From a bacterium (lineage in GTDB: Bacteria; Zhuqueibacterota; Zhuqueibacteria; Zhuqueibacterales; Zhuqueibacteraceae): a stretch of DNA of 16,491 nucleotides. This document shows, piece by piece, positions 8,268-15,495 of the stretch. The notes beneath the pieces are model-generated. The model was given only the letters and a program-made list of their open reading frames with translations, did not search any database and was not told the origin of the DNA. Each line of letters opens with the position of its first letter. The stretch's first letter is position 1. The DNA lies in NCBI GenBank assembly GCA_044869275.1, contig JBIOXB010000023.1, positions 1-16,491 of the forward strand, in the 5' to 3' direction. Both the position numbers and the translations under genes were made by a program.

Positions 8268-9131
8268 ATGTTCCAGGGCAAGCGCATTGAGAAAAATATG
8301 AACAAGATCAGCACTTTTCTGCAGCACCGCCGCTTGCAGCGCATGCTGGTGCTTTACGTTGATAACGAGCTGCCGCAGAGTGAACTGGCACAGATGCACC
8401 GGCATGTTGAGAATTGTGCTGCCTGCCGCCAAAGGCTCGCAGAGATTCACGCGTGCCGCGAGCTGTTGCAGGCAGGCAAGACTTCGCCCATTGTTCCAAC
8501 GGAGCAGTTGTGGCTGCGCCTCGCCAGAAGAATTGTTGTTCCTTCACCAAAACGAATCGCGCTCTCCGCTCCAGCCCAGTTGCGTTTTCAGCGTTGGGCA
8601 GTGGTAACCGTCGTGCTTTTGCTATTGAGCGTGGCCATCTGGAAGAAAGCCGGCTGGCGCGAAAGCACCCTCCCGCTCCATGCACAGGCGGCCATCGATT
8701 ACGGCATTTTTTTAACTGATCTGCGGCAGGAAGTTGCCGAGCCCAAATTCTACAAACGCTATCCCGCGCAGGTCGTCAAGCTGGCGGAGGCACAACAGGC
8801 GATCGCATTTCCTCTCGCCGACATTGCAGCATTACCGCCTTCCTTTAGCTTGGACTGCGTGCGGGTACTCGAATGCAACGGCAGAAAATGCATCCAATTC
8901 ACCTACCGCAAACCGGATAAAGTCATCAACATTTTTCAACATGCCCTGGGACAACCCTGGACGTTCGGACCGTACGCCCAGGCACGGACACCGATTTGCA
9001 ATGTGGAGTGTTTGTTGGTGAATGCCAGGAATCTTGCAGCACTGAGCTGGCAGGGGAAAAACTCAGAGTATCTGGCGGTGGGGGAGCTTACACCCGAGGA
9101 ACTCGAACAAGTCGTGCATGCTTTGCGATGA
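8268..9131 (+). CDS. Zinc-binding anti-sigma factor (zf-HC2/ZAS), single TM, Cys-rich extracytoplasmic domain
   Basis: H-X25-HVENCAAC (H..HxxxCxxC) with YVDNEL; TM WAVVTVVLLLLSVAIW; five Cys after the TM. Alternative ATG at 8298. Confidence 0.88.
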   Translation: MFQGKRIEKNMNKISTFLQHRRLQRMLVLYVDNELPQSELAQMHRHVENCAACRQRLAEIHACRELLQAGKTSPIVPTEQLWLRLARRIVVPSPKRIALSAPAQLRFQRWAVVTVVLLLLSVAIWKKAGWRESTLPLHAQAAIDYGIFLTDLRQEVAEPKFYKRYPAQVVKLAEAQQAIAFPLADIAALPPSFSLDCVRVLECNGRKCIQFTYRKPDKVINIFQHALGQPWTFGPYAQARTPICNVECLLVNARNLAALSWQGKNSEYLAVGELTPEELEQVVHALR

Positions 9132-9187
9132 AAGCCAAGGTGGCTTTTGCCCATTCAACTTCAAACCATTTAAAAAGGAGACAAAAC

Positions 9188-9334
9188 GTGAAGAGAACCC
9201 TTCTGGCGTTCACAGCGCTCGTGTTGCTGGCGTTGGGCAGCCTGGCGATGTCGTCGGAGCAAAAGGCAACGGAGCAGAATTGCCCACCTGGTTGCCCGCC
9301 CTCCGACAGCTGTCCGGCTTCGTGCCCGAAATAA
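9188..9334 (+). CDS. 48-aa secreted Cys/Pro-rich peptide
   Basis: AAAGGAG-N7-GTG; MKRTLLAFTALVLLALGSLA|MSSEQKATEQNCPPGCPPSDSCPASCPK*. A terminator follows 12 nt later. Confidence 0.8.
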   Translation: MKRTLLAFTALVLLALGSLAMSSEQKATEQNCPPGCPPSDSCPASCPK

Positions 9335-9346
9335 CCGCTTAGAGTG

Positions 9347-9385
9347 CATGGGAGGCGAAGCTTGGCTTCGCCTCCCATGTTTTTT
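9347..9385 (+). terminator. Intrinsic (rho-independent) terminator
   Basis: Perfect 15-bp stem catgggaggcgaagc / gcttcgcctcccatg with loop ttg, followed by T6. Confidence 0.9.
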
Positions 9386-9422
9386 ATCGCACTTGAGTAG
9401 CAGAAGTTTTCACTGCCCAAAC

Positions 9423-10268
9423 TCAGGCTCCGCGGCGCAGCAATCGCCATTTGATGCGCGTGTACGCGATGCGGAACCCATGCCGCTCGGCGTTGCGCTG
9501 CGAAGCGCTGCCCGGCGCGGCGCACATCATGGCGAGGTCGCTACCATGTTCCGCGCCGTAACGCAAGCGGCTTTCCAACAGTGCTTGTTGCGCGCCTTGC
9601 TTGCGCGCTTCGGGGATGGTGCATGCCCCGCCCAGCAGCGCGATACCATCCCAGAGCCATAACACGCCCGTCGCGATCGGCTGCCCCTCTGACTCCGCGA
9701 AAAATGAAAGCGCGCCCGCGCTCTCTGCGCTGATTTGCCCGATCTCCAGCAGAAAATTGGTGAGCTCAGGATGCTCACTCCATCCCTTGGCCGTGAGCTT
9801 GGCGCAAAGCTCCCGCTCTTGCTTCTGCACCAACCGTACTTTAATTTTTTCGTTCCGTGACGATGCCAGGAGAAAGTCTTGACGAATGGGGCGATACATC
9901 ACGCTGGTGAACTCAAAGGGCTGATAACCGCGCTCGATTAACAGCGCCGGCAGCGCGGGATCGGCGAGCGGGCTGATTTCATGAAACACCGGTGCGTCAT
10001 GCTCAGCGAAGAACTTTTCGATTCGTTCCAGCTCGGCGCTGGTCACCTTGTCAAACACGCCCAGCCCAAAGGTTTGCGTCAACGGCGATGACGGAGTATC
10101 GAACATGGCGTAGGCGCCCGCCACCTCAATCCACTGCGCGCCACTCGCCGGGAAAAGTTTGGCGCGTGCCTCAACGAATCTCGCGTTGCTTTGGGCCTCC
10201 GCCCTTTCGAGTCGCCGCGCCAAGTTCAAGTCGGAAAAGAGAAACGGTTCGGTATTTGTGGTGGCCAC
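9423..10268 (-). CDS. GNAT-family N-acetyltransferase
   Basis: C-terminal acetyl-CoA motif A (CTIPEARKQGAQQALL) and PGSASQRNAERHGF. GAGG upstream of a GTG start. Confidence 0.9.
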   Translation of the reverse strand: MATTNTEPFLFSDLNLARRLERAEAQSNARFVEARAKLFPASGAQWIEVAGAYAMFDTPSSPLTQTFGLGVFDKVTSAELERIEKFFAEHDAPVFHEISPLADPALPALLIERGYQPFEFTSVMYRPIRQDFLLASSRNEKIKVRLVQKQERELCAKLTAKGWSEHPELTNFLLEIGQISAESAGALSFFAESEGQPIATGVLWLWDGIALLGGACTIPEARKQGAQQALLESRLRYGAEHGSDLAMMCAAPGSASQRNAERHGFRIAYTRIKWRLLRRGA

Positions 10269-10326
10269 TTAACTGTTCCTCGAATGTGATGGAACGCTAA
10301 CAGAATGGTGAAAAACCACTTTGCCA

Positions 10327-10355
10327 AGTATAAACAATCAATTTCCAAATTTCAA
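10327..10355 (-). promoter_or_regulatory. Candidate sigma70 promoter of the GNAT gene
   Basis: Minus strand TTGAAA-N17-TATACT (5/6 and 5/6 consensus), about 60 nt upstream of the start. Confidence 0.65.
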
Positions 10356-10397
10356 ATTAAGCAACCATTCTGAAAACTTCATGCAGGTGAATCCAAT

Positions 10398-10619
10398 TCA
10401 TTTTGCTTCTGCTCGACCCTCTTGCGGCGAATGCTTCTGCGGTTCGCTAGCAACGGCGACAGTTTTCTTTGCACCCTGCGCACGCATGCAGTCGCTTACG
10501 GCTTGGCCGTTCGTGAGCGTCGGCGGGCAGCAATTCGCCATCATGAAAGCAAAGACTAACCCCAGGCCGACGAGCAACCACGGAGGGTTTCCGGACTTGG
10601 AAATGGACAATCGAAGCAT
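10398..10619 (-). CDS. 73-aa small membrane-anchored/exported protein with CCPP motif
   Basis: Strong RBS TAAGGAG-N8-ATG. Hydrophobic WLLVGLGLVFAFMMA is followed by NCCPP and a third Cys. Confidence 0.6.
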   Translation of the reverse strand: MLRLSISKSGNPPWLLVGLGLVFAFMMANCCPPTLTNGQAVSDCMRAQGAKKTVAVASEPQKHSPQEGRAEAK

Positions 10620-10725
10620 TTGTTGTTCTCCTTAAAGAATGTGTTACGGGATGATTGATAGCTAGCCTATTAGCATTGCAAAAGCTCTTTTGCGCCTCCC
10701 ACGTTTTGTTCGGCCACCTCCTCTG

Positions 10726-11385
10726 TCACAGCGGCAAGCCCAGGCCAACTGCATACGTCAAGTCCCTGGTTTTGGCGCTCGGCGCGCCCTCGTTTTTTGC
10801 GACGTTCGTCAAGCCCAGGCCGTAGCGCACACTGGCGGTGCCGTGAAATTTTCCCAATGGAAACGAGATCCCACCGCCGAGCGTGAGACCGATATTGGTC
10901 GATTTCTTTTGATCCTTGATATCGGATTCGTCTTCGTTTTCCTGGCCGTTGAAAGTGGTTTTCGTTTTGCTTTTGGCGGAAAGCAAAATGCCGAAGGTTC
11001 CGCCGCCGCGCACGAATGGACGGATATTGCCGGCGCCGAATTCATATCGCGCTTCCAGCGGCACGGTGAGATAATTGAGTACTTCCTTGTTCTCGAAGGA
11101 ATAACTTCCGCCTTCTCCAAAGTCCTCGCCCGATTTATACTTGCTGCCCGAACTTTGATAGTACAGGCCGGTCGAAAAGCTGAGCGGGCGGTTTGGGCAC
11201 AAGAGGTAGTCCGCCCCGAAGAACAGGCTCCGCAGGCATTCCGCTCCTGTGTCGTTTTCCTCGGAGAAGCGCGAGCTGTTGGTGCCGCCCGTGAGAAAAA
11301 GGTTGGGCCGATTCCCGGTTTCCTGCGCGCAGAGTGAGGCTGCGAGCAGAAAAATAAGCGCGAGGCTGGTTAAAGCTCTCTTCAT
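10726..11385 (-). CDS. Outer-membrane beta-barrel protein (porin family/OMP_b-brl_2-like, probably 8-stranded)
   Basis: Signal peptide ending SLCA|Q; LNYLTVPLEARYEF, RPFVRGGGTFGILLSAK and VRYGLGLTNV amphipathic strands. AGGAG RBS. Confidence 0.88.
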   Translation of the reverse strand: MKRALTSLALIFLLAASLCAQETGNRPNLFLTGGTNSSRFSEENDTGAECLRSLFFGADYLLCPNRPLSFSTGLYYQSSGSKYKSGEDFGEGGSYSFENKEVLNYLTVPLEARYEFGAGNIRPFVRGGGTFGILLSAKSKTKTTFNGQENEDESDIKDQKKSTNIGLTLGGGISFPLGKFHGTASVRYGLGLTNVAKNEGAPSAKTRDLTYAVGLGLPL

Positions 11386-11444
11386 GAGATTTGCTCCTGT
11401 AGAATTGATCTGATCGTGCTGGACTACCGAAGATTGCCGGCGTC

Positions 11445-11512
11445 AACTTAACGAAAGTTGCTGCGGCCAACAACTCCATGAGAATGTGGGTGAAGACTGC
11501 ATGAAGATGGGG
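11445..11512 (-). promoter_or_regulatory. Two palindromic operator boxes + sigma70-type promoter of the beta-barrel gene
   Basis: Minus strand: CCCCAT-cttc-ATGCAG, N7, CCACAT-tctc-ATGGAG, then directly TTGTTG-N17-TAAGTT. Spacing is identical to 7482-7549. Confidence 0.7.
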
Positions 11513-11615
11513 GAGGAGAAAAAACAGCGGAAGGCGCACAAAATCAAAAGTGAAAACGGTTTGGATCAATACACTTGAGTCGCTCGATTGATTCGATTTT
11601 ATAGTGGCAGAGGAA

Positions 11616-11696
11616 CACTCTTACTCTTGCTCCTGCTATTACTCGCTTTGGAATATGACAACAACCGAGAATGGGTATGATCAAGAGTAAGGAGTG
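11616..11696. repeat. Degenerate inverted repeat built from tandem hexamers (RCTCTT / GAGTAA)
   Basis: Left: actctt actctt gctcct gctatt actcgc (11617-11646). Right: gagaat gggtat gatcaa gagtaa ggagtg (11667-11696). Confidence 0.65.
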
Positions 11697-11770
11697 AGAA
11701 TTTCCGTTCAAGCTCCCCAATCCGGCTTCACTTGCAAAAATACGGATCTTGCCGACTACTGGCCGCGGCA

Positions 11771-11941
11771 TCACCGCAACGATTTCCCCACCAATCCGAC
11801 CGCAACGCCTCCCTCCATTTTCACCTCCAGCTTCGCGCCGAGGCGTTCGGCTCGCATTTTCATATTGCGCAGTCCATGGCCGGTTTTGCGCGGCTCCTCG
11901 CGGTTTTCTTCGTCGTCTTCGATGATGGCAACGTTTATCAT
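11771..11941 (-). pseudogene. Deletion remnant: response-regulator N-terminus fused in frame to histidine-kinase C-terminus
   Basis: MINVAIIEDDEENRE (receiver beta1-alpha1) joined to EPRKTGHGLRNMKMRAERLGAKLEVKMEGGVAVGLVGKSLR (G2 box and terminal strands of a HisKA_3-type HATPase). Compare KTGNGLINMQARAEKING in the kinase at 1273-4257. Confidence 0.85.
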
Positions 11942-11946
11942 GTCGG

Positions 11947-11991
11947 AAGATACATTTTGAGACATAAGCGTACAACCCCATAAAGATGTGG
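11947..11991 (-). promoter_or_regulatory. Single palindromic operator box + promoter (probably leaderless) of the remnant operon
   Basis: Minus strand CCACAT-cttt-ATGGGG, then directly TTGTAC-N17-TATCTT, with only 5 nt to the ATG at 11941 and no RBS. Confidence 0.65.
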
Positions 11992-12101
11992 TTTGGTGAA
12001 GGTTTACAGTGTATTTTGTGTGGTGGAGCAAATCCACACGCATGTCATGCCGCGGCCTCTTGCTCAGATGAGGCGCAAGTTTGCGGCACGGTGCCTGCGG
12101 C

Positions 12102-12190
12102 AAGATCACGGGCGGAATACCGCCGCTCATGCCTATAAAAATCCCATTCACGACAAAGCGCACAACCAGAAGGATTGTTTTTCGTATGCT
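12102..12190 (+). promoter_or_regulatory. Candidate LytTR-type direct-repeat site and -10 element
   Basis: aagaTCAC (12102), ccgcTCAT (12123) and ccatTCAC (12144) at an exact 21-bp period. TATGCT at 12185-12190 has no good -35. Confidence 0.4.
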
Positions 12191-12238
12191 GGAGCGAAAT
12201 TAATGCGGCAACAGCAAAAATCCAAACGCGAGGCGCGT

Positions 12239-13786
12239 ATGAAAAAACCCGGTCTTTCCTCGGAATGGTCACTGCTCCTGGGCTTGGCGGCGCTCAAGCT
12301 GGCGATTCATTTTTCCACCAGCGCCAACTACGAACCGCATCGCGACACCTATTTGTTTTTGGCCTTGGGCGATCATCTCGCTTGGGGTTATGTGTCCGTG
12401 CCGCCCGCCATCGCTTTTTTCGCGAAGCTCACGCAGATCCTTTTTGGGGACTCTGTCTTTGCTCTGGGCATTTTCCCGGCGTTGCTCGGCGCGCTCTCCG
12501 TTATTTTGATCGGATTGATCGTCAAAAGCCTGGGCGGAAAGAGCTGGGCCATCGCGATTGCCGGTACTGCCTTTATAGTATCGCCAGCTTTTTTGCGCAG
12601 CAATTCTCTTTTTCAACCGGTCTCTTTCGATCAGTTCTATTGGCTGCTCGCGACGTTTTTGGTGCTCAAGCTGGTGCAAACACAAAATCCAAAATTCTGG
12701 CTGCCGCTGGGCGCCGTTTGCGGCCTGGCATTTTTGAACAAATATGCCATTGCCTTCCTGGTCGTCGCCGTGCTGCTTTCATTCTTATTCACGCCAGACC
12801 GCCAATTGTTCATTTCCAAATATTTCCTGTTCGGCTTGCTGGCGGGATTCTTGCTCATCCTTCCGAATTTGTTGTGGCAGATGAATCACAACTGGCCGGT
12901 GTTCTCGCACATGGCAGAACTGCACAGAACCCAGCTCGTGCATGTAGATGCGGCAAATTTTCTCGTCATGCAACTGTTGATGAATCTGCCCGGCCTTTTC
13001 GTGTGGCTGGTGGGGCTCGCCTTTTTCCTGTTTTTTAAAGAAGGGAAAAGTTTTCGTGCGTTGGGCTATACCTATGTGGCAGCAATTCTCCTCTTCATAC
13101 TGTTGCGCGGCAAACATTATTACACTTTGGGATTGTACCCTATTCTCCTCGCTGCCGGTGGATTCGTGCTCGAAGGCTTTTGGGCTGGCCGCCGGCGATG
13201 GCTGCGACCCGCACTCTTGGTTTTCATGCTCGTGTTGGCGCTGCCGGTTGTTCCCTATAGTCTGCCCCTACTGCCGCACGAACAAATGCTCGCGTACGCG
13301 GAAAAATCCAAAAGCTTCGGGCTGTCCAATGCCCTGCGCTGGGAGGACGGCCGCCTCCACCGTCTGCCGCAGGATTACGCCGACATGATCGGCTGGGAAG
13401 AGCTGGCGACCGTGGTCGGCGCAACTTATCACAGCCTGAGTGATTCAGAAAAAGCGCGTTGCGTCATTTATGCGGAGAATTACGGTCAAGCCGGTGCGAT
13501 TAAATACTACGGCAAAAAACAAGGTTTGCCCGAACCGGTCAGCTTCAACGAGAGTTTTGTCTTCTGGGCGCCGGATAGCACGAACATCACGACTCTCATC
13601 TATGTCAACGACGAGGTGGAAGAAATTTCCCACTTTTTTGCCGAGGTGCGGCAAGTCGGGCAGATTACGAATGAATATGCGCGAGAGAGCGGCTTGCCGG
13701 TCTTCCTGTGCCGGAATCCGAGAAACGGTTTTTTCGAGTTTTATCGGGAAAAAGTGCGAGAGTTGAAAAACGGTTTTCGTTCGTAG
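12239..13786 (+). CDS. Glycosyltransferase family 39 (PMT_2/ArnT-like, GT-C) integral membrane protein
   Basis: YEPHRDTYLFLALGDHLAWGYVSVPP, FQPVSFDQFYW, GLAFLNKY, ILPNLLWQ..HNWP, GKHYY, QDYADMIGW and NYGQAGAI, with many TM helices. GAGG RBS before ATG 12239. Confidence 0.9.
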   Translation: MKKPGLSSEWSLLLGLAALKLAIHFSTSANYEPHRDTYLFLALGDHLAWGYVSVPPAIAFFAKLTQILFGDSVFALGIFPALLGALSVILIGLIVKSLGGKSWAIAIAGTAFIVSPAFLRSNSLFQPVSFDQFYWLLATFLVLKLVQTQNPKFWLPLGAVCGLAFLNKYAIAFLVVAVLLSFLFTPDRQLFISKYFLFGLLAGFLLILPNLLWQMNHNWPVFSHMAELHRTQLVHVDAANFLVMQLLMNLPGLFVWLVGLAFFLFFKEGKSFRALGYTYVAAILLFILLRGKHYYTLGLYPILLAAGGFVLEGFWAGRRRWLRPALLVFMLVLALPVVPYSLPLLPHEQMLAYAEKSKSFGLSNALRWEDGRLHRLPQDYADMIGWEELATVVGATYHSLSDSEKARCVIYAENYGQAGAIKYYGKKQGLPEPVSFNESFVFWAPDSTNITTLIYVNDEVEEISHFFAEVRQVGQITNEYARESGLPVFLCRNPRNGFFEFYREKVRELKNGFRS

Positions 13787-13813
13787 GCGGATTTCTTGTC
13801 ATTCACCACGATT

Positions 13814-13931
13814 CAGACTGTGTGAAAACCTGAGAATGCCGCACCCTGAGCTTGTCGAAGGGTGCTAAGTTCAAGAATCCGGCTTCGACAAGCTCAGCCG
13901 GCGTTGCAACCAAGCGTTTTCACACCGTCTG
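13814..13931. mobile_element. 118-bp MITE-like element with 16-bp terminal inverted repeats and two internal REP-like hairpins
   Basis: cagactgtgtgaaaac ... gttttcacaccgtctg (15/16), flanked by ATT on both sides. Internal CTGAGCTTGTCGAAG (13846-13860) and its exact reverse complement (13883-13897). Confidence 0.75.
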
Positions 13932-14111
13932 ATTCATCCTGTGTGAAGACTCTCCTTCCACCGCTCACCCGTGGAATGCATGCGAAGATGCTCTGCGCAT
14001 GAAAATAAGCTCCGATTTGCATATATTTTCCGCAGCCGCTCAGCATCTTTTGCAGCAGCATCGAGAAGCAACGCCATGTTTGAGAGTGATGGTACTGGAC
14101 AACGAGGGGTC

Positions 14112-15209
14112 ATGAGCGAATCGAGCGACAAAAAACCGTGGCAAAAATGGCTATTTCTCCTCGCCATTTTTACTTTGATTGCCGCGTTGAATCTCACGCG
14201 TTACATCACCAGTGAGCTGGCCGAAGGCGAGCCCGGGAGATTTCAGTTCTATCTGATCATGGAAACGACCGGGGCTTATGCGGTCTTACTGTTGTTGCCG
14301 TTTTTGCTATGGTTCTTTGGGAAATACCCGCTCACGCGCGAGAATTTAACTGCACGCCTCCCGGTCTATTTGTTGGCAAGCGTGATCTTTGGCGCCAGTC
14401 ACACCTTGCTAATGTTCGGCAGCCGGCGTTTGATCTATTGGCTTGCCGGCAAGGGCAGTTACAATTATGGCCATTTGCCCTACAGATTCTTGATGGAATA
14501 CACCCACCAATTTTTCGCCTTTTGGTCCATTTTGGCAATTGTGCTGCTCGTCGATTATGTGCGTGAAAACCAAAGGCAAAAGCTGCGTGCGGCTGAGCTG
14601 CAGCAGCAGTTATCCCATGCCCGGCTGCAGGCGCTGCAAATGCAGCTCAATCCGCATTTTTTGTTCAACACCCTCAATGTGATTTCTTCCACGATGTACG
14701 ACGACGTCAAAGCCGCGGACCGCATGATCGCGAGCTTGAGCGATCTTTTGCGCAAAACCTTGAACAGCGCCAATTGGCAGGAGCATCCGCTCAAGAAAGA
14801 GCTCGAGCTTTTGGAGTTGTACGTCGATATTATGAAGGCGCGCTTTGACGACAAGTTATCCGTGAAGCTGAATATCGAGCATGACACTTTGGCTGCGAAA
14901 GTGCCGGGTTTTATTTTGCAGCCGTTGGTGGAAAACTCTATTCGCTACAGCATGGAAACTTTACAAAACGCCGAGATTGAAATTCGTGCGCAGAGAGAAA
15001 GCGGCAAGATAAAGCTGATCATCACCGACAACGGCCCCGGCCTTCCCGCCGCGCCGGCGCAGATCATGAAGAATGGTATCGGCTTGTCGAATACTGCCGA
15101 ACGGCTGGAAAAGCTCTATGGCCGGGAACATCGATTGCATCTGCAGAATATTACAGGAGGCGGGTTGCAGGTGGTGATGGAAATTCCCTTCCGGCCGGAT
15201 GCCGATTAA
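14112..15209 (+). CDS. LytS/YehU-family sensor histidine kinase
   Basis: About 4 TM helices; LQALQMQLNPHFLFNTLNVIS H-box; LQPLVENSIRY; DNGPG; GIGLSNTAERLEKLYG. GAGGGG RBS before ATG 14112. Confidence 0.95.
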   Translation: MSESSDKKPWQKWLFLLAIFTLIAALNLTRYITSELAEGEPGRFQFYLIMETTGAYAVLLLLPFLLWFFGKYPLTRENLTARLPVYLLASVIFGASHTLLMFGSRRLIYWLAGKGSYNYGHLPYRFLMEYTHQFFAFWSILAIVLLVDYVRENQRQKLRAAELQQQLSHARLQALQMQLNPHFLFNTLNVISSTMYDDVKAADRMIASLSDLLRKTLNSANWQEHPLKKELELLELYVDIMKARFDDKLSVKLNIEHDTLAAKVPGFILQPLVENSIRYSMETLQNAEIEIRAQRESGKIKLIITDNGPGLPAAPAQIMKNGIGLSNTAERLEKLYGREHRLHLQNITGGGLQVVMEIPFRPDAD

Positions 15210-15298
15210 TGATCAAATTACCTTGGTGCAGTTCAGTTGGCGTGGACAACAGTCTTGCAGAGACCAAGCCATCATCATCTTGGCTTATAGAAGGCCAG

Positions 15299-15407
15299 GA
15301 CAGAAAAATGAGAGACAGAAAAATCGCATTTGGCAGCGCATCAGAAAAGTTGACGATGACCAGATGAACCAGGCGACAAGCATTTTTCTGTCCTTCATCT
15401 TTCTGTC
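15299..15407. repeat. Inverted repeat built from tandem 15-mers (GACAGAAAAATGAnn)
   Basis: Left 15299-15324 is gacagaaaaatgagagacagaaaaat. The right arm 15382-15407 reverse-complements to gacagaaagatgaaggacagaaaaat (23/26). The spacer is 57 nt. Confidence 0.88.
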
Positions 15408-15495
15408 TTTTGATTTTTTCGCAGTATGATTCTGCTCGGCCGAGAGAATCTCAATCCATGATCTCCAGATTGCAAACATCCGATTAGGCTCTTTC

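Noticed and set aside
10333..10360. Weak heptamer periodicity (aacaatc aatttcc aaatttc aaattaa)
   Set aside because: Adequately explained as the AT-rich spacer of the GNAT promoter; too degenerate to call a repeat.
10693..10709. 14/15 match to the right arm of the 9347-9385 terminator and a 10-nt inverted match to 9181-9190
   Set aside because: Too short and without a partner arm; chance cannot be excluded.
11135..11569. 144-aa minus-strand ORF with a hydrophobic start
   Set aside because: It overlaps the beta-barrel gene out of frame and spans its promoter, with no RBS.
11993..12238. 82-aa N-terminal extension of the GT39 ORF (likewise 13971-14111 for LytS and 11942-12163 for the remnant)
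   Set aside because: Family-like sequence begins at downstream ATGs (with an RBS for GT39 and LytS), and the extensions cover intergenic or regulatory DNA.
15199..15429. 76-aa ORF between LytS and LytTR
   Set aside because: Its FLSFIFLS segment is simply the translation of the 15-mer repeat arm.
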